A stretch of 63,533 bases of DNA, filler included, from Blastocystis sp. subtype 4 (GCF_000743755.1; 21 parts of 21 records of this genome joined end to end with filler, not necessarily neighbours in it), one strand, 5' to 3'. Numbered from the whole stretch's first letter, positions 25,400-39,090 are shown. A program made the numbers and translations. Notes: a model not told the origin generated them from the sequence alone.

Positions 25400-25685
25400 N
25401 NNNNNNNNNNNNNNNNNNNNNNNNNNNNNNNNNNNNNNNNNNNTTAATTAATTAANNNNNNNNNNNNNNNNNNNNNNNNNNNNNNNNNNNNNNNNNNNNT
25501 GTTATTTGGAACAAGTGGAAGTTGCCGATGAGCAGTTCTTATTACTTTACCTACATGCCGGCCAAACACTTCGCTCTGGGTTAGATGATTCATTTTAATC
25601 TACGATTAAAAACAATTGCTCAGCAATTTCAAACTTACTTAAACCATAGTTAAATAATCAATTCACAATTATTTTAAAACAAGAA

Positions 25686-27331
25686 ATGGAGTTTAACCAC
25701 AACTCAAACGAACTAAAACCTCTTACTGAAGCATATATTAGTCTTGGCTCAGCTTATTCTAACGCTTAACCACAACTCAAACGAACTAAAACCTCTTACT
25801 GAAGCATATATTAGTCTTGGCTCAGCTTATTCTAACGCTGGCAGAATAAGAAATCCTAACATGAATGAACATAGCTTAATGGCATCTGTGATTGCTGCTA
25901 CATATTATGCCAAACCTGATGAAAACATATTTCAGTTTACACCATCTCAGGCAAGCAAGAAATCATGCTACATACATCACTGGTACATGCAGAGGTCAAC
26001 AAATTCCTATACAAACATCCATTGATAACATGTCATTTGAACAGATTGAACATTATCTACACACATTTCAACCCTACAAACATCTTCCATTCATTGTCTT
26101 TCAAGTTGATAAGGCATTTCCACAGAAACATCATACTGCTATCATCTATCCTAACGACTTTGAGATGGATAAAGATCAAGAAGGCATTAGCATTATCAGG
26201 ATTGTTGATTATGAACAAAATCACTTCCATTATGTTGCTGTTACCACAAAACCATCTACTATCTTGTATAGTGGTTCAAAGGATTATGATTACAACAATC
26301 GTAAGAAACTAACCAAGAAACAAGCTGAGAAGAAGAACATAGCCAAACAAGTGTTACAAAATGGTCCACAACTCATATTTCCTCCTGAGATTGCATCCTA
26401 TCTTGTTCCTAAAGGACCCAAACCAATACAACAAAGAACTGATATTAGTATGAATGTTCGACAATCATTGATTCACTTATTTGGACTTGATCCTGCATAC
26501 TATTACTCCAATCCTGAATACATTTATGATGTGTTTCTGAAGATGAATCATGAGAAAGGAACACCAATTAGGGTATTCAAACAAGGTGAAGAAGATTATT
26601 ATCATTTCATTGAAGCAGCATGGCATGGTGGATATTCTCAGACCAATGTTCACTTTTGTATGACAGATCATCATACAAATGTCTATTATCTTGATGGCAA
26701 TTCCATGTATCCTGCATGTTGCACTAAATACAAATTTCCTGATCTTCAATACATCCAATTTGTACCAAATGATCAATTTGATCATGCTTTAAACACAGCT
26801 TACAACTGTTTTAACGATGTTCAAACTCCACAAGATGATTATGGATATCTGATTGAAGTGGAATTCACTGCTCCTGATGATCATTCACTAATTGATGATT
26901 TCCCACTAACCTTACACAAAGTGAAACAAAATGGTAGAATTGTTACTATTGCAGGTGGTAAACATGGAAAGATCATTACTATCCCACTTCATATCAATTT
27001 GATGATCAAATATGGATACACAGTCAAACCCATTCGCATACTCAAATACTCACAATCCGATATCTTTCATGGATTGTTCACGAAATTGACTCAACTTCGA
27101 AAGAATCTTAATACAGATGATGCTTTAACTGTTAAGCTAATATCCAATGCACTCACTGGCACTTTCAGAAAGAAGGATGATACACGAATTAGCAAATCTA
27201 ATAAGTATAATCCTCTTACAGTTAGTACTCGAGAAGATGGCACACACATTGTATTGCGAGAGAAGAAAGATGTGAAATATCCATCATTTGACATGAAATT
27301 GGTTGGATATGTTTCCAATTTGTTATTATAA
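25686..27331 (+). mobile_element. Polinton/Maverick-type protein-primed family B DNA polymerase, disrupted and truncated
   Basis: GLDPAYYYSNP; FIEAAWHGG; YYLDGNSMYP (motif A); GYLIEVEF; KLISNALTG (motif B); no introns; frameshifts; motif C absent. Confidence 0.85.
25694..25839 (+). repeat. 73-bp exact tandem duplication at the pPolB 5' end
   Basis: taaccacaactcaaacg...tctaacgct occurs twice, starting 25694 and 25767. Confidence 0.92.
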
Positions 27332-27465
27332 TGCCTGCCCTTTTGAGCTTCTTTATGACTATTTCCTTTTTGTTATGGGCTTTTTCATGACTCATTTGTC
27401 TGCTACTACTTCCCTGTATAGCTACCCAGGGTTGGAAATCCATGTTTGCGATGGTCTGTCTGGAC
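27281..27465 (-). repeat. Dispersed repeat copy D, truncating pPolB
   Basis: Reverse complement aligns with 24820-24975. Confidence 0.8.
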
Positions 27466-27565
27466 TATAAGAAGATGTAACATGCCTCAATTAACTAGTA
27501 CTCCTCATATAACCCTAATAGTTCCTTTATCGATTACTAACAAACACTTTAGTACTCCCCTTAAT

Positions 27566-28350
27566 TCACAGATAATCACTCTTCTCTCGAATGAATCGAT
27601 CAAGAGAGTCAGCATCTCAATCATTATCAGTTTATCAATCATACTTGAACCTGTCAATTCTTTCACATTCTCAAATGTATGATTATCCATATATATTCCA
27701 TCTTCAGTGAGTGATGGAATGTCTAAGTCAAATTCTATCATTAATCATCACTATCCAATTGCACTTTCCCTATTCTATAGAAATTGGTACCATCTCCTTG
27801 GAATAGAGATAGAGAAGGAAGATCTGATCAATCAATCATCATTATCATTCATACTCTTCATTATCAATTCATTTGATTCAGTAGTAAACATATCACCATA
27901 TATTGCCCTGAATCTAAGAATAATGGATTGAAGTTGAGTCAGATCTCATTCATCAGTCATTCAATCTTCTTACTCTCAAATACTATCAAGTGACTCCAAA
28001 AGAATGCATCAACATCAAATTGAATGGATGTAAGAGAAGGGAGATTCTTCAATTCAAATGATTCATACCAACAGAATGAATCTCTTCCAAAGTGGAATTG
28101 TTTCAATTGATCACAATTCATTATCCAACATGAGCTTCCTCTTTGAATAGCATCATCAATAGAGAAGTTCACCTTTCCAATGCTGATAGTCTCCAATGCA
28201 TTCAATCCATCAATCACAAATCGATTCACTTTATCAAAACAATGATTTCCAATCTCAATTCGTTTCAATGATATCAATGAATTGTTCAATATCAATGATG
28301 ATATATCAGGATTGAAATCATCATCAATAATCAGAGATTCAATACAACTA
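27566..28350 (-). CDS. MORN-LRR family C-terminal part, 5'-truncated
   Basis: LKRIEIGNHCF, ELKNLPSL and the same intron pattern as 474-2422; TGTTTGTT at 27546-27539. Confidence 0.8.
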
Positions 28351-28663
28351 NNNNNNNNNNNNNNNNNNNNNNNNNNNNNNNNNNNNNNNNNNNNTTAATT
28401 AATTAANNNNNNNNNNNNNNNNNNNNNNNNNNNNNNNNNNNNNNNNNNNNTGTAATGAGACGTTTCTCATAGATGTAACCTGTCTTCTTTGAAATTACAG
28501 GCTCTTCAGGCACTTCTCCCGAAACTACACACAATGAGTTCTATTCATCCCATTCTTTCATCAACACATTCAGAATCAATTTCATACTTGCACAGAACAT
28601 TCCTAGACAACTGTAAAGAATGGAATGTCAATCTTTCCCTTTGATTCAAACAAACACAATCCA

Positions 28664-30962
28664 TTAATAGGCCCAACTGGGAACCTCTCTCCAATCGTAA
28701 CCAATAACAGCAGGGAATATGGTAAATGTGTTTAAATCGAAGAATATAACACATAAAATAGATACGATCAAACCACATTTGAATAAATCTGCAGTAGTAA
28801 ATGACTTGCTGGTATATGCAATAAGATTAGGAGGAGTTGAGGATGGTAACATGAATGCACAGCTACAACAACAAGTAACTGGGAACAACAATGTTAGTGG
28901 GTTGAAATGGCCTTCCACTGCCACTCCAATAACCACGGGAATCATAATATTTGCACATGCGGTATTCGACACAAATATTCCAATCAGTACCATAATAATT
29001 GATATTAAAAATACAGCAACAACCTACGAATTATAAGTCTTTTCCATACCTACAATATTCACTTGACTTAATCCTGACATCTTCGAACCAATCCAAACAG
29101 CCAATCCACTCACTTCAGCTCCTTTAGCAAGAGCGAAACCACCACCAAAGAGAAGCACCAGGTCCCAAGGAAGTTTCTTTGCCGTATCCCATGTCAGAAT
29201 ATATTCTACACAATTATTGAGGAAAATAACACAGACCATCATCCTTGAATTCTATTGGTTCGCCACGTAAATTCTTCTTGGTAGGTACGAAGAACAGTAA
29301 CAAAGCAACCGTCATACCTACTGTACCGTCTTGAATATATTCTGAAGGAAACAAGTTAATCCAACCTACACATCAAATCGATCAATATTCCTGACCTTTA
29401 ATTGTGAATCCTCCAAATGATAAATCAACACGGAAAAGCCATAATAAAGACAGAACAATAAACCCAACACCAACTACTTTCTCCTCATATGACATGGGTC
29501 CAAGTTTCTCATATTCCTCACGGCAGAATTTCTGATCAATAACAAGCTGCTTTGAAGACGGGCAATACATCCACAAGACAAACCATGTAAGGAACAACAA
29601 TATTAGAGCCACTATAAATGATACTGCTTTTGCACAAATACTGGGAAGAGTGGCAATCAACCAATTGGAGAACGAAATTGTTGGAACTCCTTCATGATCA
29701 CCAAATCGTTCGTAGAAAAGCTTATAGAAAATCATATTTGGAGGAGATGAGATGAGAGTTGGTATACCTCCAATTCCAGTAGCAAAGCTTCAGATAAGAG
29801 AATACATATACGTATACGCAATACCCAAGAATATTGCTTTGGCAAAACCAAGCACCTTTTTGTCACCATAACGAAGTTTGAGAGATTCAACTAAGGCATT
29901 ACAATTAGCAACCATCATAAGAGCAGCAGCAGTGTTACTGACAAAAATGGATAAGAAGCCTGTTGTTAACATCACTCCGAGAAGCATAGATCGGGGTTTT
30001 GAGAAGCGCTTCATGATGAAAAGCGCAATTCGCATGTGCAAATTCCATTTCTCCATAGCGAGAGACATTAAGAATCCTGCGAAGAACATGAAAATGACTA
30101 GAATGAATGAAGAGAGAAATGAGTACCATTGTTGAAATATTGTGAGGAAACTGTCTCAGCACTCATAATATTCAGTGCAGGGAAGAGAACAACAGGTAGC
30201 AAGGATGTGACAGAGAGGGGAATAGCTTCGCTAATCCAGAGAGTTGCTATAGTAAAGAGAAGAAAGAGGATGTACCCATAATGAGAAGCACTCCCATACA
30301 ACGTTGAATAGCCACATTATCCTTATCAAGAGGAATACACATCACAATGATGGAGACAATGATTCCAATGATAGCTCCGAGAGATGAAGGCGAAGTGATT
30401 CGTTTCTTAAAGGGAATGCCAACAGGAAGCTGAGCTAAACGTGAAAATTGTAGAAAACACATACGTGCACCAACAGTCGTTAACGTCTTGGATAACTTGG
30501 ATGCCGACTTTGTGTAACCCTGGGTACCCTTTCTAGCAATATCAATAAGTGATACAGGATCATGATCATTGAAAAGGGGATCATCTCCAAGGATTGTAGA
30601 CTGACGTGTTGCTGTACCATAGAAACTGCTAAACATCAATGGATCAGGTAACAACAAACCTCTTCGCCGAGCTTGAATTGCGGTTATACAAATGAATTAC
30701 CTATGGTTCATACTAGAGGGTCATAGAAAGCCTACATCGGGCTCCTTTTTTGGAGTTGATGGGGCAACTGCTGGAGGTACTGTCGGACGCACATCAATGC
30801 TTGCACTCTCTTCAGGAATGGTAGGAAGGTCACCCCTAGAAGATCAGCCCAAAATACAAGCATCAACTCCTCCTCGGTAATTGTTTCCATTTCGATGTTT
30901 TTCTATGCATAATTCGAATGAACCAGACCACTAACCTGGGCTGGATCGGAAGTGGTGCTCAT
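28664..30962 (-). CDS. SLC13/DASS sodium-dicarboxylate/sulfate symporter, multi-intron
   Basis: WISEAIPLSVTSLLP; MEKWNLHMRIAL; FVSNTA twice; LPWDLVLLFGGGFALA; AFMLPSSTPPN; TGTTTGTT after the stop. Confidence 0.92.
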
Positions 30963-31546
30963 CTTAGCATAAGTTTGATTTTCTCCGGATGGTCGTACTG
31001 GTTCGTTCTGGGTATATTATGGATTATTATACAGTTCAGATAATATTGTACAGAATCAGAGATTTATATGCCGTTATCTTCTTGTCCTAGTGAATTACAT
31101 CCTCATCTAGTTTGGTGGCTGTAACAAACAAACCTAATAAAAGACAGTTCTAATGCACGATCTGACCCCAACCAATCAATCTCCAATGATTCGAGATTCT
31201 TCTGCTCAAAGCAATCTTCTCTCCCTCCTGCGTGCAAACCTATACATNNNNNNNNNNNNNNNNNNNNNNNNNNNNNNNNNNNNNNNNNNNNTTAATTAAT
31301 TAANNNNNNNNNNNNNNNNNNNNNNNNNNNNNNNNNNNNNNNNNNNNTGGAAGGTACTAAGAGGATAGAACAGAGAATTGACCTATTCATAGGACAATAA
31401 CTATGGAAATGATATGCATATATTGAAACAGTCAATCTTAATAGTAAAAACGTTAGAGACGTTTGTAAGAATAACACGAATCAGCAGAATTTGAGTCACT
31501 CCATACATAGTTCCGATTTCACTCTATTCCTAAAAACAGATTTAGA

Positions 31547-33835
31547 ATGAGTGAAGATGGAAATGGAAAGTTTGTTACTGCTTTACACAACGGTAAAGAG
31601 TACAAGTATCGGAAATGTTTGTCTTTTGATGAATTTGGGTATCCCAAGCAGTTTTACGACTGTGCATACATTCTAAAGTACATATTTTGTGCTGAAAGTG
31701 ATATTCATAGTATTTCAAACCCAACACCAGTTCAATCATATAGTCTTCCTCTTGTGTTGGAGAAGAAGAATGTGTTAATCAAGGCAGAAACAGGTAGTGG
31801 TAAAACACTTGGATTTCTATTACCGATTCTGTTCAATGTATCAAGGCAAGTGGCTCTTTCATTTGACGAGGATCCAAGAGATGAAATGTGTCATCCTCGT
31901 TGTATTGTAGTTGCTCCAACACGAGAATTGGCGACCCAAGTTGGTTTGAAGGAGGTGGATTAGAGGTAGATCTATCGTTTGGGTTATAAGCTGATGAAAG
32001 TATTTAAGATGGTCCATTGCAGTTTGATAGTTGGTGGATTATCAAAAGTATTGTAATATAGCAGTGACTGAGGTATAGGAGGACCAGATACGAGATATGA
32101 TTGAGAAGAAAGCCAGTATCATTATATCTACGCCTGGAAGGTTTGAGTGAAGAAGAAGAAGAGTAAGTAATAGAGTGCTCGATTTAATGAATCTTGAAGG
32201 GAATCAAGGGGAAGAGAAGTCAAAACAACAGTACTTGAGTCTAGACCGAGTGAACTATTTGGTTGTAGATGAAGCTGATTTGATGCTTGATATATCTTTT
32301 CTTCTATCTCCCTTTTGTTCCTTCATTCCACCTTGGATTCAAAGAACAGTTGAATTTGATGTTCTCTTCGATTCCTCCTGAACAGAAGTATCAGACTGTG
32401 TGTTGTAGTGCAACATATACAGATCGAGTAGGAGAAGATGAAAGAAGAAATGAATAGATTCGAGATTCTGTAAATCAGTGGTGTCCTGATCGATATGAAG
32501 TAGAGATTCCAAATAGTAGTTTAGTTCTGAGTATGAATGAGAGGAATAATGAATTGTAGATTCTCTGAGTGAAGTATCAGTCAATCCTCTAATTACCCAG
32601 GATATTCATTTGTGTAGTGAGCATAAGAAGATTCGCAAACTTTTTGATTTCATTCGTGTAGGAGAGGAGAGATGTGATGAAGTATAGTATGTACAACATC
32701 AGGACGAATTGAATCATGTTAGGCAGAAGTCAATTGCTCTGATCTTTGTGAACAAGATGAAAACAGGCGAGTACATTTTGGATTTTGTTCGTAAAGTTGT
32801 ATTCAAAGTGTTGAATGAGTGATAGAACTGGGCTAAAGGTCCTTCTGGTCGACAGAAACAAGGTCGATTCCTTCCATCAGCCAAACCAACTGAGGAGTCT
32901 GAAGAGAATGATGTGAAGAATCTTCGGATTGATTTCCTTCACAGTAAGATGGCTCAACCATATCCTTTGTCCATTTCTTCCTCAATTCCTTCATTCCACA
33001 ATTCGAAACAAGATTCTGAACAGTTTCAAATCAGGAAAGACCCAGTTTCTGATCACAACGGATATCGTGAAGCGAGGGATCGACATTCCGAATCTTCATT
33101 ATGTTTTGAATTACGATTTCCCTACAAACCTCGTCACATATATATCCTATCCTATAGTTGAAATAGCTGACTTGATTCTACGTTCATCGCATTGGCAGAA
33201 CAGGACGTAACAATTGCAAGGGTTATTCTCGAAGCTTTTTGACTAGGAATATGTCTCCATTAGTTCCTGATTTAGTAGAGTTGTTAAAGGCAAATGGTAG
33301 GGACGGAAGTGTTCAATGAGAAATAGAACAGCCTGTACCGAAATTGGTTGAAGAATTAGCTGAGGAGCAGAAACGTTTGATTGAGTTTGGTAAGTGGGAA
33401 GTAGGAATATGAGGGAGTGATTATGCGAAGGAGGAGGTGGATGCTGCAATGAGAGAAGGAAAGCCGATTCCAAATGGGGAGATCAAGGAGAATGAAGAGA
33501 AAGAGAATGCTATTGTGAAGGAGGATAACAACGGAATAAAGGAAGAGGACAAGGAAATAAATGAAGGGAAACAAAAAGAAGTCAAGAAGTCAAAAACACC
33601 TTCATGCCCTGTAAATGCAGAAGGTAAACCCATCTCAGTAGATCAACATTGGAAGCAATTCGTTTCCAAGAAAGCTACCAAGAAAGGAGCGATGAAACGA
33701 TCTTCAGCAGGGAATAACAAACGAGAAATAGAAACAACCAATCAAGAACCAGTCATCAAGAAAGCAAAGACGTTGTTTGATGATGACCCTGAAGTGGAGG
33801 GTAGAAAGAAGATACCTCTCCGTCCAAAGAAGTAG
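31547..33835 (+). CDS. DEAD-box RNA helicase, multi-intron
   Basis: AETGSGKT, APTRELATQ, STPGR, VDEAD, SAT, RGIDIP, YVHRIGRTGR. Confidence 0.92.
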
Positions 33836-33934
33836 TTTGCATTATCTCTTTAGAAACTGTTTGTTCCAAAATGTAATAATATTTCGCATATGCAAAAATT
33901 GATTGTTGTTAAAGAAAGAGTTTGCATCTAAACC

Positions 33935-34120
<186 letters not shown>

Positions 34121-37100
34121 NNNNNNNNNNNNNNNNNNNNNNNNNNNNNNNNNNNNNNNNNNNNTTAATTAATTAANNNNNNNNNNNNNNNNNNNNNNNN
34201 NNNNNNNNNNNNNNNNNNNNATAAAGAGTAGTTTAGAAATGAAGTGAATAATGAATAGATCAGAAATGGCAAAGAGTTTCAATGGAAATCAAGAAGGAAA
34301 GGAGAGAATGAGGGTTTTCTTTAGTTCCTTCCTTAATCGGATGAAGAGAATGAATTCAACACCTATTCAACCTATATGTAATAAGGAAGAAGCATTGAAA
34401 CGATATCGAACTGTGTTTTGAAGTGTTTGAAACAAAGAATCAATCTGCTTACGATGAAATCATAATTGACACTCAAACATCCTCAATGAAGGATAAATCT
34501 CCAAAACACTTTCATTTCATCATTTGATATGTCTTTGTGAATGATTGGATATTTCAAACACTCTTATTCACTTCTACAGCAATATTGAGCAACTGCTGGA
34601 GTAATCTGATAACTCTGTTTGAATCTATTCCTAATGATTGGTTCCATCTCTTTATCAGATATGAAACAACTGAATCACAAAGAGGAGCATTGTGAACAAT
34701 ACACTTGTTGATATTCTAGGAAGAATGAAGACAAAAGAGATGTTTTGTCAATGAAGTATTCACTTGTATGTTATTGTACTCTGTTTTCTACAATCAGTTC
34801 ACCCATACAAATGACTCTCTGAATAGTTGTTGAAGATAAAGTTGAGAATACACATTATTACTGGTTAACCGACACCATATTCATTGCATATTAGGAATGG
34901 ATAATCACAATAGAATTTGAACAATGATTCAGAAATGGAATCAAATAGAGTGTTTGGAGAACAATACAATAAGAATATATTGTTTTCATATTCATTTCAT
35001 ATCCTTTCAATTCTTGTTCAATCATCTATCTATTATTAACTATATCATCAAATGAGAAATACTTGGAACAATAGAAACTGAACTAAAGAATGTGTTTCAA
35101 TTCATTCATATCAGATTCTTCAGACTTCATATCAATCAAATACAGATTCAATCTCAGTTACATCAAACTATCTTCAAACATAAGTAATTGAATGAATAGA
35201 ATGAAGAATGAAAGATCATGTGATTAGGCTAACAAAACGGGGAAATGGTTAACTGAATAGTGTGACTACTTTGATTATCAATATCACTGAGCATACAAGA
35301 GTTTCATTCATGATTCTTTCACATTTCATGCTCCTTAAGCGCTAGTCCTATCATCATATCATCATTACTATCATCATCACAAATGCTATTGATTAACAAA
35401 TCTACTCATATTATCTCCAAATTCTATCTCATTATCATTCTACTCATTCTTATATTATTTCCAATTCTATTCATATTCATTCTATTCAATCATCATATTC
35501 AATCATTCTCATATCATTATTATCTCAAATTGTTGTTCTGAATGATACTATTCTCATCAAATCATCATCATTCTCATATTCCATCTCAATCGATTCTATA
35601 TCATTACATCTATTCAATCAATATCAATTCACAATTTCAAACACTCTTCTTCAGACAAACAATCAATTCATATCTACTTCATCTTTCATTCTCTTTCAAA
35701 TCATCTCTATTTCATTCATATGTTATCATATTCACTTCTATCATCAATACTCTTATCAATCTTCAACTATCTTCATCTAACACTCTCAAATCAGTATCTC
35801 TTTCTTCTTTTCAATTCTTTCAGCATTTCATTCTCGTTTGATTCTTAACATTCTTTCTTGATTCGGGATTACTGTTATGATACAATCAAGGTACTGGATT
35901 GAAACAACAATACTTGATGCATATCACTACTGTTTTCAGAGAATGCTAATTCAATCACTCTTCACATCTACCTGGTTGTAGTATAATAATCACATGGATG
36001 TTAATACTCTTTTGACAAATGGAAGATACTATGATAGTTCAAGTACAAATGACTAGTTGTGTATCATTATTCCCTTTTGATGTATCAAGACTACTAATCA
36101 AAATCATTCTTCAAACTGGTTTCTAGAATCACATATCAGTAATAAAGAAGAATGAATAGTTCTAAAGACTGTAGGACCGATAGGAGTTGAGAGTGATTAA
36201 AACAATACTTGAGTTTTGTTTCTCTTGAGTATCGAATTTGTGATGAATGTGAAGTGGAATTTGATTGTTATCATTGATTTGGAAAGCCTTTCTCATATAG
36301 AACAATCAACAACAGGAATTATCCTACAATCCCTTATGGAAGTGGAATGGAGTATTTGTGTGTTCCTTATCTGAATCTTCATTCTCATTTTCAATTATTG
36401 ATTATTGTAGTGTCAGCAGCTATAGAGATAGCTACTAATTATGACAGGAGGAGGATATTTGTTATCTTCATGTTGTGGAAAGATGATTGTGGGAATGAGA
36501 CACTTGAATTCATTGCTCCTAATGAAGATGTAAGTGCTGGAGTATCAATATGACCTTTCATTCCTATTCGTTACACATTGATTCAGTTTCAATAATTCTC
36601 AAACTTTGAAACAAGAATATGGCAGATTATGGACAAGAATAGGTAAATGATAGAAATCATGTTATCCAGACAATCAGGGAAATGCATTCTTGATGGAAAT
36701 AAACAATACAGAAATCATTCATGTTTGGGAGGAAGATGGTACTGAATAGTGCTTCTCCCTTCGTAACGACATATTGTGGAAATAATGAATGATATACTGT
36801 TAATGTGAGGAGACATATCGATAAACAGGATTCTTGATACTACATAGGTGAGATAGAACTGAAATACAAATGATGGGAATAGAAAAGAATGTAGATAACA
36901 GGATAATATCACAAATACAATCACAAACACTTTGCGGATAGTACTGACATGAAGATTTTGGATGTTGTTTCTAGGTTTTGTACTAATTGCCATTGAAGGA
37001 AATCAATTACTCTGGTTGATGAATTGTTATACACTTAGTACTCTGACACTATTACTATCANNNNNNNNNNNNNNNNNNNNNNNNNNNNNNNNNNNNNNNN

Positions 37101-37160
37101 NNNNTTAATTAATTAANNNNNNNNNNNNNNNNNNNNNNNNNNNNNNNNNNNNNNNNNNNN

Positions 37161-37477
37161 TCTTACTGACACATACCTGGAGGAAGGAACTTCATATTGA
37201 AGATGAGATCATACATCTCTTGAGCTGAACGCTGGCCATGCTCGTCATCCCAACCCAGATGGAATGACTGAATGTGCTCCTTTTGGAGAGAATAGGTTCC
37301 CTCTACTACACGACGAACAGTCTGCCACCAGTCCTCCTTGCTCCCATCAGGAAGAGTACGCGAATAGGTTCGACGATACACAAGTTCGCCCAAAGGAGCA
37401 TATCCGAAGGGAGGTTGAACAGTCTTGTATTTATCAATAAACGATTCATCAAGTTTAAAACACAGGCCACAACTCAT
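37161..37477 (-). CDS. nrdJ: Class II (adenosylcobalamin-dependent) ribonucleotide reductase, monomeric RTPR type, N-terminus
   Basis: LGELVYRRTYSR...EDWWQTVRRVVEG...MKFLPPG followed by a GT donor. Confidence 0.82.
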
Positions 37478-37771
37478 ATTCCTAGATTCTACAGCGCCAT
37501 TAGTTTGAATTCAAATCGACCACCACACCACCTTATACCACCATCAATCAGATCCCCTCTTACATGTAAGCACAACTTTCGGTGTGAATAAAGAAAGAAT
37601 GAACTAAGAAAAGCGCGCTCCCGCCAAGAAAAACCGCCGCTCTCAATTCTCAACGAAGATGATTCGTGAAAACCTTCAGAAGTGGGCAAAAGGGATTTGG
37701 AACTTAAGAGCTTCTCCGCGCCTGGGGAAGCCAAACATGTTACAGATTTGAAAGAAAACAATGTGAATTCA

Positions 37772-38347
37772 CTAAAATACAGGACCATCCTCACCATCGC
37801 TGTCATCCATACCAAATGAGTTATCTGAATTGTTGAAATCAATCTCATATTCATTCCCCTCATCTTCATAAGCCACATCCTGGTTCAGATCATCTTCCTC
37901 TTGAGCCCTATGAATCATCCAGATAACAAACACAAACGGTAGATTCTCTCCATTCTCCTCCTTTTCGGTCTCCACTTGAACCGTGTGATGAATCTTCAAT
38001 CGCATACCATGTACCTCTTTACGAGACTTCTCTCCTAAGAGTTCTACCACTTAAACAATCTAACACATATTTACCAGTCGGAATATATTTAGATAAAATA
38101 TCATAAGGATAAAATGATGCCAACTTGGTGTTATCCTTTTCCTTTGTATATTTATCCGTATAACGTTCAAAATGGACATTTTCATCTTCTAATTCAACAT
38201 AATACGGAGACTTTTGGATCGCACTCACAATGGTACGATGATTGTCCACGATGCTTCTATTCTCAATCCAACAATTCAAGACTACTGCTCCCTCGTAGTC
38301 AGATCTTTGAAAGGAGTGATAGGACGATCGGGATACAAAGGCTCCAT
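37772..38347 (-). CDS. RNA polymerase III subunit RPC7/C31-like
   Basis: PLYP start, SPYY, ERYTDKY and an acidic C-terminus ending in F; short introns. Confidence 0.7.
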
Positions 38348-38369
38348 TTACTGATAAACAAACAGTACA

Positions 38370-38860
38370 CTAAACTACTTTTTCTGGTTCAATTCTTTTA
38401 TCATCTGCTTGTGCTTCTCTTCCCATTCCTTAATTCCAGAAAGAATGTATGTCTGCTGTTGTTGTCTGAATTTGTCCCAGTTGTCCTTGTCCATTTCCAA
38501 TTCAATCGCTCTTATTTCATCCTGAACTGTGTGTAAAATCTTCTTAAATGAAAGATTTGTCGTATCAATACACGACTTCTGTCCATTGACTACCCATCAC
38601 CAAACTCCAAATCCCTTACTAAATTCCACGTTTACCTTAGGATGGACAAGCTCATTGTCAATTTCTACATCAACAACAGCTTTTGGATTGCTTTGTTTCA
38701 CCTTCTTTCCAGAAATCTGCGAAGCAAACTCTCTACACTGGTTACAAACAACTGCCAAATTTGTACCTTGTTCCAACGCTTCCTTCTGTTAAACCACCAA
38801 AGGACACTGTTATCACCTTAATTTTCTCCAAACTTAGAATAGGTTGCTTCTAAAATGATT
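38370..38860 (-). CDS. Hypothetical intron-containing protein
   Basis: Coding-like exons ending in TAG at 38370, followed by TGTTTGTT; start uncertain. Confidence 0.35.
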
Positions 38861-39090
38861 ATCACTCAACAAAATGCCGCTACAATCTTGTTGTAGTAAG
38901 ATCGACAGAACAAGCTACAAATTATTCAAAAAATTTAAATATCGACCTATTCGACGATCTGCACAACGCAGCGATAGATGAAGACGCCCTACAAAGCATA
39001 ACTACGTTGTTCTGCGATTACGTTCTAATGCCAGAAAAAGGGAGAATTTCTGATCTTACTAACAAACAATAAAATAGAAAAGAGGAGCGT

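Noticed and set aside
37161..37477. Bacterial contamination as the source of the class II RNR
   Set aside because: It has an intron donor and shares a contig with eukaryote-specific RPC7 and SLBP genes.
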